From Callorhinchus milii (taxonomy: Eukaryota): a DNA stretch of 64,000 bases. Where the stretch lies: assembly GCF_018977255.1 (NCBI RefSeq), contig NW_024704742.1:18912001-18976000 (forward strand), written 5' to 3'. Of the stretch, positions 26,441 to 39,272 are shown piece by piece (positions within the stretch are counted from its first letter, which is position 1; every line of letters begins with the position of its first letter). The position numbers were made by a program, and so were the translations under genes. A model generated the notes under the pieces. It was given only the letters and a program-made list of their open reading frames with translations. It was not told the DNA's origin and searched no databases.

Positions 26441-27195
26441 TCTAATTAATTTAATCCATTGCAACAATTAAGTGAGCAGTAACTCTATGCTGTAAGATTA
26501 CTGCTTCAAGAACTAAGCGGTGGAGATTGTGCCATTTCCTTATGCTTTCGTCTTGTAATAATTAGAACTCGTTATGATACGCTGCAAATATCACCATTTA
26601 AGCAGCTGCTGCCTGGTAAGCGGCATTGTACAACATCATCAAGGTGGCTGGCACATCAAAAGCTAGCCTGTAAAAGTACTCCTACCACACTGAAGGCAGA
26701 TTTGCATCAGATAGATGCTGAAGATGAAAGTCTGAGGCTTCGGATGATAACTGCTGGAAGGTGATACCTGGATCTAATCCCTCCAAAATAAAAAACAATA
26801 ATAAATTGGTCATTTTCAATCCACGACTGTTTGTGGGACACTGCTGTGCACAATTGGCTGCCGCGTTTCGCCCACAAATATACGGTCAATTCACTTTACA
26901 GTCTATTCTGTGAAGCGCTTTGAGATGTCAAGAAGACGTGAAAAGTGCTATATATTTATTATATACTATATCTGAGTTTGAAATCACGCATTCATATAGC
27001 CAGGGTTTGGAATACACCTTGTCTGGTATGCAAACAAACAAAAATTATATTTGTATAGCGCTTTCACGTCGGGAGGACATCCCAAGGAGCTATACAAGGT
27101 AAGAGGTAAGCAGCTGTTGCTCAAGCTCCGCATCTCCAACTGGTACAACCTTCGTTTTCTGAGCCAGGCAGGTCCTCAGATTCCAGGACATTACA

Positions 27196-27675
27196 ACAAG
27201 AACAACAACAACTTGGATTTATATAGCGCCCTCCACAGCGGACGGCGTCTCAGAGCGCTTTACAGTTTCGGAACCTGGGACCGAGCCAGGGGGAGGGGGA
27301 GGAAGGTGACCAAAGGCGCGGTCAAAAAGAAAGGTCTTCAGCAGAGACCTGAAAATGGAAAGTGAGGGAGCGAGATGAAGGGAGTGAGGAAGGCAGTTCC
27401 AGAGCCTCAGGGCATAGTGGCCGAAGGCATGGCCACCGAGGGTGGAGCGGAGGACTCGGGGGACAAGGAGGAGGCCAGATCCGGAGGGACGAAGGCAACG
27501 GGTGCTGGTTTGAGTAGAGAGGAGATCAGAGAGGTAGGGGGTGCAGAGGAGTGCAGGGATTTGAATACGAAGGTGAAGATCTTGAAGTCGATCCTCTCTG
27601 GGATAAGCAGCCAGTGCAGTCTGGCAAGGACTGGGGTGATCGGGGAGCAGAGTTTTGTGCGGGTGACACAACTGA
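27196..27675 (-). mobile_element. L2 LINE 3' fragment
   Basis: ORFs ITPVLARLHWLLIPERIDFKI and GGHAFGHYALRLWNCLP...LKTFLFDRAF, with an (AAC)n tail. Confidence 0.92.
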
Positions 27676-27689
27676 TGATACGCCATCTG

Positions 27690-29138
27690 GCCAGGTTCAT
27701 TGGTCGAACTTGGTCACTGGGGTTGTTTCTACTCATCTCTGACTATCCTCCTTGGCAGGTAAATAGGGTCTCCTTGGAGCTGAACTGGCTCTTGAATGTC
27801 AGAATGTTTTGGCAACAGAATGGTCAGAATCAACATGAAGGAGGCTAAGGAGGGGGCGAGGCGGAGTGATTGGGGGGAATGGAATTCCAGAGGTTGGGGG
27901 CCGAGTGGCTGACGGCTCTCCCGCCAATGGTGGGGCGCGTGGGTCGAGGGACCTGAAGCAGGCCAAAGCCGGCTGAGTGGAAGGAGCGAGCGGATTGGTA
28001 AGGTATTAGGAAGTCGCAGAGGTAGGGTGGGATGAGGCCATGGAGAGCTTTGTTGGTGAGGACCAGGATCTTGAACTGGATCCTCTGAAGGACAGGGAGC
28101 CAATGGAGCTCAGGCGAGAATGGGGGAGATGGAGTCACGGAGTTTTGTGCAGGAGAGGACACGGGCTGCAGTGTTCTGGATTATCTGCAGTCTGTGGAGG
28201 GAGGAGTTGGGAAGGCCGACAAGCAGAACGTTTGCATAGTCGAGCCTGGAGGTGATGAAGGCATGAACAAGAATTTCAGCGGCCTGAGGGGTAAGTTAGT
28301 GGCGGAGTCGGGCGATGTTATGGAAGTGAAGGAAGGCAGAGCGGGTCATGGCTTGGATGTGGGGAAGAAAAAACAATTGAGGGTCAAACAAGACAGTAGG
28401 TTCCTTGGTGAGTTGAAGTGTGCAACTACGGAGGTTGAAGCTGCCAGAGCCTGAGGTGCAGAGGCGCTGGTGCGAGCCAATCAGGAGGGCCTCAGTCTTG
28501 TTCACATTTAACTGTAGGAAATTTGCCCTCATCCAGGACTTGATGTCTGACAGACAGTCGGTCAGGACAGCAGTGGTCCTGGAGTTGAGGGTGGAGGCAG
28601 AAAGATAGAGTTGGGTGTCATCCACATACATGTGGAAGTTGACCCCATATCTGCAGATGATATCACCAAGGGGACATGTCATCAAGATGTCATCAAGCAG
28701 AGTCTCTGTGGTGGTCTCAGTAGACTGGTTTCTGTTTCAGGCAGGTCCACCAGTGCACTCAAGGATACCGATGATGACAGCCCAGCCCAATGGTCCATTG
28801 GCACGCAGGACTTGGAAAAACAGACCAGTCACTGGATGTAGGGACTCATCCCACTCTGCTCCTGTTAACCATGCGAAAGCCGTAATGAGTAAGATGGTCT
28901 TGCCAGATAGTGCTCTCAATGGCAAGCACTGTGGTTTTATCTGGTTAAATTGCAGCAGTACATTCTGGGATCCCCAAGTCTTGGCTTTTGCCAGGGAGAG
29001 AGGGCGCACATTTCATTCCAATGGAAAGGAATTTACATGTGTAGGTGGGATGCATGGAACTCTCAGTGTGAGTTGGATACTCTTAAGGATGGTGATAGGT
29101 TTCTGCATGTGTCAGACATCCAGTTGATCAAAAAAAAA
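27690..29138 (+). repeat. Unclassified repeat copy 2 (27690-27840 and 28690-29138), split by an L2 insertion
   Basis: Both flanks align collinearly to the uninterrupted copy at 53340-53895. Confidence 0.72.
27841..28680 (-). mobile_element. L2 LINE fragment with the reverse-transcriptase catalytic region
   Basis: ORFs FHMYVDDTQLYLS...CLSDIKSWMRANFLQLNVNKTE and [17 protein letters not shown]. Confidence 0.93.
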
Positions 29139-30287
29139 CTCTTTTTGGAATTGCAAAGAATAGGAAGTTGTTTGCCTATTAAGAAAAAAGTCACAGCATT
29201 TGAGAGTAATTACTGTGTAATTGCACATGAACAGCTGCCATAAAAATGCAAAGTCTTTCTTGCTCCAATCTCAATTACACATTTAACATGAGAGAAAGTT
29301 ACTTGTGTGCCCTCAACTCCAACAAAGCAACTAATAAGAAATGAAACAATGTCCAGCATGCACGTAAACATACTCCGTTATAGGCTGATGATGCATTTTT
29401 CAAGAATAGACACTTAAATAATATATTAGTTGCTGTCTAGCGCCTATGAAATCAGTCTTCCCATTCTTCATATTCTGAATTGTTACTGACAGCTATACTA
29501 CCTGGAGGCTTCTGTGAGAACCAAGAATTCAGGATTTTTCCCAACAGTTCTAGTTTCAGAATGTTTATGACATGTGTTCTTTTACCTTATGCTTCCTGCT
29601 GTTCTTAATATGAATAATATTCTCACAGGAAATATAAGAATTGCAATAATAATCCTTACATTTGGTATAGTGCCTTTTGCATCAGGAGGACGTCTCAATA
29701 TATAGGGCTTGGGGGCATTTTTCACAATAGGGCAAGTGTGTGGAAGGTGCAACCACAAAGGGACGAATGATTCCCTCCCGCTTTATAGAAAAAGCAGCTT
29801 TTATGTTATCAAATGACTCCTTTAAGAAGGTGCTGCTGAGGAAATATCCATTTCCTTCTTTCACCTTCCATGTGGCTAGGCTGGTGGGAGCATGTCTTCC
29901 ACCGTGAAATAATTTGAGTTATCCACCACGAAAGGTGTTTTTAAACCTTGATCTTATCATCATTGGTAATATGAGGGTAATACTGATAACTCTTGTGTGT
30001 TCTGTAGATTGTAAGAGATTTGTCTGCAGTTGTTTGAACTCTTCCAACTCTATTTTTGCATTTGCTTTGATCAGGAATACATTCTTTGATGTGGTGTTTG
30101 TTTCAAATCTATTTGTTACATGTACCACTATTTGCAGACTACTTGATCTATGACTGATGAACATGGAATATAGCCCGCATTAGAACAGTTTTATTTTTAC
30201 TGGAGTTATCCTGACCCTTTGAATCTGTCAGGGTGTTCTCATCCCATCTATCTTATCTGATGATGAGACTGAAAGGTAATACTACAG

Positions 30288-30645
30288 CAACAACAACTTG
30301 CATTTATATAGTGCTCTTCACACCAGGTAGCGTCCCGGGGCGCTTAACAGTGGTGGAGTCTGACTCCGAGCCAGGGGGAGAGAGAGCAAGAAGTTGACCG
30401 TAAGCACAATTGAAAAGGAAGGTATTTAGGCGGGATTTGAAAGTGGGGAGGGATTGGGGGAGAGAGTTTTAGATCTTCGGGGTATAGTGACTGAAAACAC
30501 GGTCGCCGATGAAGGAGCTGAGGGGACGAGGGACAAACAGGAGGCCAGACCCGGCCGAGCAGAGGCAGCTGGTGGTGGAGTCAGGGGTGAGCAAGTCGGA
30601 AAGGTAAGGAGTTGGAAGGGCACGAAAGAATTTGAAAACGATAGA
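30288..30645 (-). mobile_element. L2 LINE 3' fragment
   Basis: (AAC)n tail; ORF with YLSDLL...IGDRVFSHYTPKI. Confidence 0.85.
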
Positions 30646-31079
30646 CAATAATACAGGAATAGGCATTTTAATATACATGTTCAACATTGAGTTAATATCG
30701 ATGACTGATCACCGCAGTGTCATCATAAGGAGATGGCCTTATTACACAGATGGGTTGACCTCTTGTTTCACTGCACAAAGAGAGAAATTTGGAGAGAATT
30801 CCAACACCAATACGTTACACAATGGACCTTTTTTTTTCAATAACTGAATGACTTACACTTTTCTCCTGGTCACCCCCCCCAGATTAAACAACCATATGCA
30901 ATTTAAACCCAGAGCCTCTATCTTGTCACTGCCCTCTGAGTGGTGACTGATGTGAGTGAGAATTTTCATAATATGTGAAGTTGTTATTTCATCATTATTT
31001 CAACAGGTTCCAAGAGCTTTCTGATGAGCTGCTTCTTTTAACTTAGATCTTAAAAGGCATTTGATGTTCTTTTTCCCAA

Positions 31080-31645
31080 CGTCAATTACATCAAGGCTCG
31101 ACTATGCAAACTCACTGCTTGTCGGCCTCCCCAACTCCTCCCTCCACAGGCTGCAGATCATCCAGAACTCTGCAGCTCGTGTCCTCTCCCGCACTAGGCT
31201 CCGCACCCCCATCCTTGCCCAACTCCACTGGCTTCCCATCACACAGAGAATACAGTTCAAGATCCTGGTCCTCACCTTCAAAGCCCGCCACGGTCTTGCC
31301 CCTGCTACCTCTCCGACTTCCTAACCCCCTACCACTCAGTTCGCTCCAGCCTGCTTCACATCGCCCACCATGTTATCGGCGGGCGGTCCTTCCGCCACTC
31401 TACACCCATCCTCTGGAACTCCATCCCGCAGTCCTTCCATCTCGACCCCTCCCTCGCCAATTTCAAGACCCACCTCAAGACCCTCCTCTTTGACTGTGCT
31501 TTCGATCTACTTGCTTCCCCCCAAGCCCTCCACCCTCCCTCACCCTGAACCTAAGCTCGGATCCATAACTCTGTCTGTCCAGCCCCTTGGGATGTCCTCC
31601 CGATGTGAAAGGCGCTATACAAATGTAATTTTGTTGTTGTTGTTT
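31080..31645 (+). mobile_element. L2 LINE 3' fragment
   Basis: [18 protein letters not shown]...[12 protein letters not shown]...[17 protein letters not shown], with a (TTG)n tail. Confidence 0.92.
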
Positions 31646-32499
31646 CAATAATTTTTCAGCAGGACACTGAAAGATGAGACAAGGAGGTCTTCCAACTTCT
31701 CACCCGTGCTTTCCTTATTATAGAATAGACGGATTCTACTCAGCTCTTGAAATATCTTCATCATTAATGAGTGTCCCAATTTGTGTTCTGGATCCACAAA
31801 TGGTTTAGCCTGTGAACTAGATTCACCTAGGTTTGGCCTGTGATTTAGAAAAGCTCCAAGCAGTGAGGTTGATGATTTGGTGTTATTCGTTGATTTAGAT
31901 TGTCTGACTAATCTGGGTGCATTGTTTCAGGAGTGAAATTGTATGTCAGTCTGACTGTTTATGTCAGGACTCTACCCTAACGTCCACTTCATGGACTCAC
32001 TGGTGTTACTGATTTTATCACAAAAAGGGATTGCAAGGATCCTGGGATTCCAGGATTCAATATGGTAATGGTGCTCCTGAAATCCTGGGTTGCAACCTCC
32101 GGTCATAAGGCAGCAGCTGGGATCAAAGGCACCTTAAAACCTGCAATAGATCCTGTTATGTAGGACTCTTAAAGTTAATAGACATTTGTAAACAGTTACT
32201 TATAATCACTGGATAAATTGCTACTTGCCAGGACTTATTTGGCGAATCGATGCAAGTTTAATTTGCAAATATGATCATGAGTGCTGGCTTTGAGACTGCC
32301 AATGTTCAATTTGTACCACATATGTGGCGTGTGGACCTGTGGTGTTCCACTCCAAATGGAAACTTAAACAAAAAGAACCACAACACAGTAGGGTTCAAGT
32401 GAACTGTGTCTTCAAGCTTCGAACTTGGATTTAAGTCTATGGTTCTCTAGTTTTTATTCCCCCCCAAATGTTTCTCTCTGGTCAAATTCCCCAGTTTGG

Positions 32500-33255
32500 C
32501 TTAGTTGTGTGAAGGTGTCAGAAAGTTATGGGTTCAAGACACACACCGTGGTTTAAGGGCTTAAGTAAATGATCTAAGCTGACAATCCAGTTCAGCACTG
32601 CATTATTAGAGGTCCTTTTAATGAGACATTTTTTGCCGAGGTTCCACATCCCTGTTGTGGTGATTCAAGTGGATGTTAAAGATGCCCTGGCATTAATTTG
32701 AAGAACAGGGAGTTCTGAAGTCCCAGCCAATATTTCTGCTTTTCCAAATTCACCCCAATGCAAGGATTAATTGCTCAATCAACATGTTATTGATTGTGGG
32801 ATGTTGCTAGTATTGATTAGCTACCCTGTTTATAAATAATTCTTGCATTTGATATAGCACCTATAATGTAAAATATCTGAAAGCACTTCATACACAGTTG
32901 CTATAAAGAGTAGTGCATTTGTGGAAAAAATGTGGCAGCCAATTTGTGTTCAGCAATTGTCTACAAGCGGCCAAGAAATTAATTTGAGGCCTGAAGTAAC
33001 CGGTTTCCTTCTCTTTCCAAATAGTATCCAAAAGGGATCTTTGATGTCCACAGGAACAAGCAAACCAGACCACCGTTTGATGTCTCATCTAAAACAAGGC
33101 ACACTGACAACACAGAGCTTCTCCAGTATGAATGTATTTCTTCATGAACTGGAATGTCAGCCTAGAACATGAGTTAAAAGTTCTGAAATGGAACTAAAAC
33201 CTACAACTTTCTGACCCAGAGGTGAAAGTATTACCGACTGAGCCAAACTGACACC
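32500..33255. mobile_element. Two tail-to-tail Deu-SINE copies (+ about 32500-32820; - about 32835-33255)
   Basis: Deu core and tRNA-head remnants in opposite orientations. Confidence 0.7.
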
Positions 33256-35454
33256 TATTGTTATAGTTGCCTATGACAATAGTCAGTACAAATCATTGTG
33301 TTGTTCTTTGAGACATTGTAATCACAAAATGCTATGTCAAGTACAAGCTTTTATTCATTAATTATTCACTCTCGTATTGATAATGGTGAGGGAGCATAGT
33401 TGTCTTCAGCATTTCTGGATGAGAGAATAGTTCCCACTTTGGTCACCTATCCAGTAACCCTCATTGGCGGTGTATGCTTGTAGAAGTCAGATAAGAATGT
33501 GATCGATCTGAGGTCAGATACTCTAATACTCCCTGACTAGGCAAAACAAGAAGAGTAGTCACTTGCGGCAAGGTGCTGGAGGGCCGCTGCTTGCATGACT
33601 CACTACCTTGAGATCAGATTGCATTAGTTCAATGAAAAGGAAAAAAGAAAAATCACAATGGAAGTGATGGACGCCACAAATTTCTCTGGACCTCCTCAAT
33701 AGGTACATAAGACAGATACCTCCCCTCTAGACAATCAGGGAAGCAGGGCCTCTGACTCTTCGAAGTACAGGAATGTACATGACCGGAAAAAAACATTGTC
33801 GTCCATCTGGTTTGGATCTACTAGATCGCCAAAGAAAGATACTTAGATGGATACTCCATCATCACAGCAGGGAAATTGATCTGTATCCCCATTCGATCAC
33901 CATGAAAATTCACATTTGTTGGACCATCACTGGCTGGCTTTAACTCATTTAAAGCACTACATTTCTTAAAGCTGTGTATATTAGTGAACGTTTATTTTCA
34001 TCTGTAACCTCTCTTTATTAGGCAATTGCACTGAATTACGATGAGTTTAAATGTGTATTTGATTCCTAAATGCTTCCTTCCACAAATGAGTACATCTGTA
34101 CAAAAGGCAATAGAGGATTTGAGAATATTTTATTTTCTGCTCTTTCTACTAGACTCTGTAATTTGGAGGGGTTTTTTCTGCATGAGTTTCACTTGTTTTT
34201 CATTTTGTGTCCGTACATTTTCCTTGAGGTGGTTTAAAACGATCAGTTTCAAATTAGACGCCCATGTACACAGCAGAACCAATTACAGGAAGATTAGTTC
34301 CAGTCTGCACAAGGAAACTAATTCAAACTGATGTAACATGGACAGCAGTGTGGAGAATGTGTAGCAAAACACATTTTAGTAGATTCTGAACCAAACCAGT
34401 TCTCCCTTTTGAATGGAGAATGCCCTTCGCTAGCTTTCATATGCACATGTTTTCTATCATGTACCATAGCATGAGCAAAAATTTCTGGAGAAGGGGTAAA
34501 TCTCAAACCATGGATTTCGTGACAGTTCAAAGTCCAAGTAGGTGACACAATACATTACATACCCAACATGCTACTCTGTCAAGTACTATGATATAGGTCT
34601 GAAACTGTGATACCTCATGTGGGTAATACAGTATGTTTCTTAATCTCAGCTCTGATATTGTGACGAAGCATTGAGTGGAGGCCCAAGACTTGCCCAGAGA
34701 GAGGGAAGGAGAGACGCAGCATCTGCGGTATAGTCAGCCTTGGTTACTCACCAACTTGCAATTGGTCACAATATGACACCTGCAAGTTACAATCTTGCCC
34801 TCTTGGTCTTGGAAAGATTTTCTCAATGAAGACGTTAAAGTGTATCTTACAAATAAAAACCACATTTGAGAAATGTGCAGAATAATGGCTATTCATATAA
34901 ACACGCAACATTTTCAGAATAAAAAATAGGTTGGTGCAGAAAAATACCTAAAATCCTCAACAGTTTATATCGACCTTGATGCCTGTTAGCTTGTGAGCTT
35001 GTCTATGAGAACCAGTTCCCCTAAGGTGCTTTCAAGTGCACTCTATTTTTCTGCAGTAGATCAGCAGTCTTAGTGTGCTTACCACTCCAAAAAGTCTCTG
35101 TTAAGGAACTGTTAAGAATCTGTGTAGCAGCCCCATACCCTTTCTGAAAAGAGGCTCTCAAGTTCATCCAGAAGACAAAAATGACATGACAGACTATGGC
35201 ATGTAAGTCTCATTTGCTTCAAAGTGTAAGCATGTCATAGATCCTTCACAGCCAAACCTTAGCTCACTATATTTCACAGGTAAGTGGTTAGAAATCCTAA
35301 CAACTAGTCTGTTAATATTATGGGTGTATTACAGTACAGTCTAGTTACAAACTAGATGCAGTAAAAAACAATAGCCTTTACAGGCAGCAGTAAACTCATT
35401 GAGGTCTCAAATACTGCCACTGGTCTTTAGAGCAGACCTTGTACATAACACTAC

Positions 35455-36200
35455 TGTGAAGCAGGATAGCTTCTTGGAGCGCTTAACAGTGGCAGAGCCT
35501 GATGCCAAGCCAGGGGGAGGTGACCTTAGGCACATTCGAAGAAGAAAGCCTTCAGATGTGATCTGAAGGAAGAGGCAAGTCGGAAGGATTGAGGAAGAGA
35601 GTTCCATAGATTCAGGGTGTTGTGGCTGTAGGCACGATCACGGATGGTGGAGTGGAGAGGATGTGGGATGTTCAGGAGGGTTAGGGGAGGGGTGGGTGAT
35701 GGAGTGGGGTGTTAGCAAGTCGGAGAGGTAGGGTGGTGCCAGGACATGAAGTGATTTGTAAACAAGTGTAAGGATCTTGAAACCAATCTGTTCTGTGATA
35801 GGAAATGAGTGGAGTCTGGCAAGGACTGGGTGATGGGAGAACGGAATTTGTTGTTGGTGAGGATATGGGCAACAGAGTTTTGAATTAGTTGGAATTTGTG
35901 GATGGTGGAGCTGGGGAGACCAGTGAGGAAGGCATTGGAAATAATTGAGGCAGGAGGTGACAAATGTGTGGAGAAGGGTTTTGACTGCATTGGACGTGAG
36001 GTATGTTCAGAGGTGGGCAATGTGACAGAGCTGGAGGAAAGCGGTCCTGGTCAGGGACTGGATGTGGGGAAGGAATGACAACTGGGGATCAAACCTGACT
36101 CCTGGGTTACACACAGCTTCAGTAAGTCTAACTGAAAGGCTGGGGATGTTGAGGTTAATGGAGCCACGGATGAAAAGATGTTGACGGGAAGCCAAGGAGT
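35455..36200 (-). mobile_element. L2 LINE fragment
   Basis: ORFs FLTGLPSSTIHKFQLIQNSVAHIL and VCNPGVRFDPQLSFLPHIQSLTRTAFLQL. Confidence 0.88.
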
Positions 36201-36704
36201 GCAAATAAAGAGAAGACAATGGGAAACACACATCCAATCATAGTTTAACTTTCCTATGCGGCGGAAAGGTTTCTCTAACTATCACCTGGTTCAGTTCATC
36301 AAGTACAGATTAGTTCTGGTTCAATACATTTATTCACCCCCCCCCAAAAAAAACACAGCAAAATATCACCTATCAATAGCACACAGCATATTAATCTCGC
36401 AATAGTTTAAGATTGAAGGTATTTGTGGCAACATATTATTTTGCAAACGATTTATTCAGCAAGTCTTTAAGAAGTCATCTTTTCCAGTTTACAATAGTAC
36501 AGGACTTCACTGCTGTTCTCTGGTTCAGCACAGTTCACCCTCTAGAAACAAGTCTGTCTGTTTGGACCATCACTGTATATTGACCAGCAATACACAGCTG
36601 AACCACACCTGACCTTTCAGGAGCTCTGAGGATTATCCCGAGTGAAGAGACAGAGAAAAGAAATATCTTCTTTTCGGCTCGTCCAAACTCTCCATACAAT
36701 TAAT

Positions 36705-36737
<33 letters not shown>

Positions 36738-36899
36738 GTTGGGGGGGAAAGGGGGGAAAACAACATCCACGGTTTCACTTGTCAAACAAAAGCATGAAAT
36801 CTTCTTGATGTAATCCTATGATCTCAGCTGCAAATTGTTATACGGATCTCAAGAGATTTTGTGAAGTTTATAAATCTGGCTCTGCCAGGACACATTTAT

Positions 36900-37890
36900 G
36901 CACCTATTAAGCTAATTTAGGGTTTATTGTGTGCCTGACCCGCACTGCATTCTTCTAAGTGTTCCGAGGGTTGAGAGGCGAGGAGGGAGGGGTGGGGGAA
37001 ACTGCCTTTTTTTTTCACATGCAGGAATGTTCTCCTGTTTTATTAGACAGTCTGGGTTGCAATCTAAACCTGTTAAGTCCCTGGGATATATAATTAGGCA
37101 GTAATGAATAGGAAGCGTGTGTTTATCGTACGTCTGTTTGGACTTGAAGGCGGTCTTTGGCGAAGACACACCTTTGCAGCCCGGACTGTCTTTTTTTTGC
37201 TTTTTTTTGCTTTTTTTTAAAAACAAATCAATTCTGGGGCTAAACCCAATCTGCTTTAATCGTGGTGTTTTTTTGGCGTGTTGTGCGTCTCGGCCAATTG
37301 CGACCTTTCCTTGCATAAATGGCATTCGTGTAACACAGCGAATGCACAAAAGTGCAGCGACATTCGAAGCATAACGTTCAGACGTTGCTTTCCAGCGTGT
37401 GTGTGAGTTTCGATGACATCAAAACCGAATCTGAGCGAGAAATTCGCGAGTCTCGTTTATGTTAGGCATTGCTCGCCCTAAATAAAATGCAGCCGACCTT
37501 AAACTTTATAACAGATGGGAGTCTTGTTTTAACCAAGAAAAGTAGAGGGTGGGGGTAGAGTCCCGGTTTGTGAAACAGACAGGAGTTTTGCAGTGGAGAA
37601 AAGTGACCTTAACACCGAGCAAATCAAAGTGCAGCGCAGTAGTGTAATATCTCTGTGGTTGTGTGTGTGTGTGTGGGGGGGGAGAGGGAGCTTTGAGATG
37701 TGGTGAGTTGGTAGTGACTTTGGAGGCACAGTTACAGCTTGTTTTTCCGGCTCTTTTGATCGCTTCCCCCCCCCTTCGGCTCGTCCAAGCTGCTGTGACT
37801 GTGAAGGCAGCTTTGTTGCTGCTCCGCTTTGATCGCTGCTTTTTTTTTTGCAGGTGCCAGATGTCATCGCGTTTACAAGCAGCTACAGCG
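36900..37890. promoter_or_regulatory. CpG-enriched, transposon-free proximal intron-1 region (candidate regulatory sequence)
   Basis: Many CpGs (e.g. 37260-37500) and no recognisable TE, about 1.5-2.3 kb inside the intron. Confidence 0.4.
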
Positions 37891-38540
37891 GTGTGTGTGT
37901 GCTGTGAATGAGTGTGTGCTGTGAATGAGTGTGTGCTGTGAATGAGTGTGTGCTGTGAATGAGTGTGTGCTGTGAATGAGTGTGTGCTGTGAATGAGTGT
38001 GTGCTGTGAATGAGTGTGTGCTGTGAATGAGTGTGTGCTGTGAATGAGTGTGTGCTGTGAATGAGTGTGTGCTGTGAATGAGTGTGTGTGCTGTGAATGA
38101 GTGTGTGTTTGTGAATGAGTGTGTGTTTGTGAATGAGTGTGTGTTTGTGAATGAGTGTGCAGGGTGTGTGCTGCGTGTGTTGTGAGTGTGTGCAGTGTGC
38201 TGTGAGTGTGTGTTGTGAATGAGTGTGTGTTGTGAATGAGTCTGTGCAGTGTGTGCAGTGAGTGTGTGTGTGCAGTGAGTGTGTGTGTGCAGTGAGTGTG
38301 TGTGTGCAGTGAGTGTGTGTGTGCAGTGTGCTGTGAGTGTGTGCAGTGTGCTGTGAGTGTGTGCAGTGTGCTGTGAGTGTGTGCAGTGTGCTGTGAGTGT
38401 GTGCAGTGTGCTGTGAGTGTGTGCAGTGTGCAGTGAGTGTGTGCTGTGAGTGTGTGTGCAGTGTGCTGTGAGTGTGTGTGCAGTGTGCTGTGAGTGTGTG
38501 CAGTGTGCTGTGAGTGTGTGCTGTGAGTGTGTGCTGTGCG
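37891..38540. repeat. Compound TG-rich minisatellite (17-bp GCTGTGAATGAGTGTGT grading into 18-, 14- and 20-bp variants)
   Basis: Direct tandem periodicity; it produces the spurious His/Thr-rich ORFs. Confidence 0.97.
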
Positions 38541-38832
38541 TAAAATACAACAAACCGACTTGGAACAGCCACCCGATCGGAAATACACAACCTAAACAGA
38601 TACACGTAGATGTTCCCATCGCCATAGGAGGAGGTCACACCAACCACACAGCAGCTGTCTTGGGAAGTGAAAGCAAAGCGCTTGGACCTTGAGCAGAAAT
38701 GCTATACACATGCATCTGCTCGAAAAAGTTACACAAACTTAACCTCCCCATCCCCATGGGACTCCAGGTCCCCCCCCCCCCACCCCACCAAGTGGTGTTG
38801 CAGTGCTCTGGAGGAGGAGAGGGGAGGGGGGG

Positions 38833-38965
38833 GTTGCCTTGCAATCCATACCTGTAAGGGATCAGGAGGGGGGAGGGGGGGGGGTTGCCTTGCAATCCAT
38901 ACCTGTAAGGGATCAGGAGGGGGGGGGGGGTTGCCTTGCAATCCATACCTGTAAGGGATCAGGAG
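38833..38965. repeat. Three identical 36-bp units separated by G-rich tracts
   Basis: GTTGCCTTGCAATCCATACCTGTAAGGGATCAGGAG at 38833, 38884 and 38930. Confidence 0.97.
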
Positions 38966-39215
38966 AGACACTGTGCTGCACTGTACTATCCCCATTGCAA
39001 TGACTGAGCTGCCGACCCGACCCCCCCCCCCCCCCCCCCCACCACAACAACAACAACAACACAACCAAGTCACAAAACAGCCACTTTCTCACCAAATTCA
39101 AACCGAAAGCGCCCCTCCCGCCGGACTTGCGGTACAGAAAATTTACAACCCCCCCTTCCCTCCCCACCCCCCCCCCCCCCACCCCCCCCAAAAAAAAAAA
39201 AAAAAAAGTTCTTAC

Positions 39216-39272
39216 CGTTTTGCTCCTGGCTGTTGGAAGGCTGGAACTTGTTGATTTGGGCTTCCGACCCAT
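39216..39272 (-). CDS. First coding exon (19 codons, MGRKPKSTSSSLPTARSKT, phase-0 intron follows) of an unidentified protein-coding gene transcribed leftward
   Basis: The minus strand reads ccgccatcATGGGT (strong Kozak) through AAAACG|gtaaga (consensus donor). The 57 nt are non-repetitive, lie between simple repeats and sit directly downstream of a CpG/GA-rich promoter-like region. Confidence 0.72.

Noticed and set aside
29682..30164. Short ORFs in unique-looking sequence
   Set aside because: No consistent splice signals or recognisable homology.
34217..34304. Candidate 88-nt minus-strand exon (ttccttgtgcag| ... AAT|gtacgg)
   Set aside because: Stops in all three frames and a weak donor. 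It could be a poison exon but there is no support.
37506..38647. Long His/Thr-rich ORFs (250-360 aa) in three frames
   Set aside because: They are translations of the TG/CA minisatellite, open only because the repeat lacks stop codons on that strand.
38635..38965. Three identical 36-bp repeats resembling a CRISPR array
   Set aside because: The spacers are 10-15 nt G tracts rather than unique spacers, the context is vertebrate and there are no cas genes.
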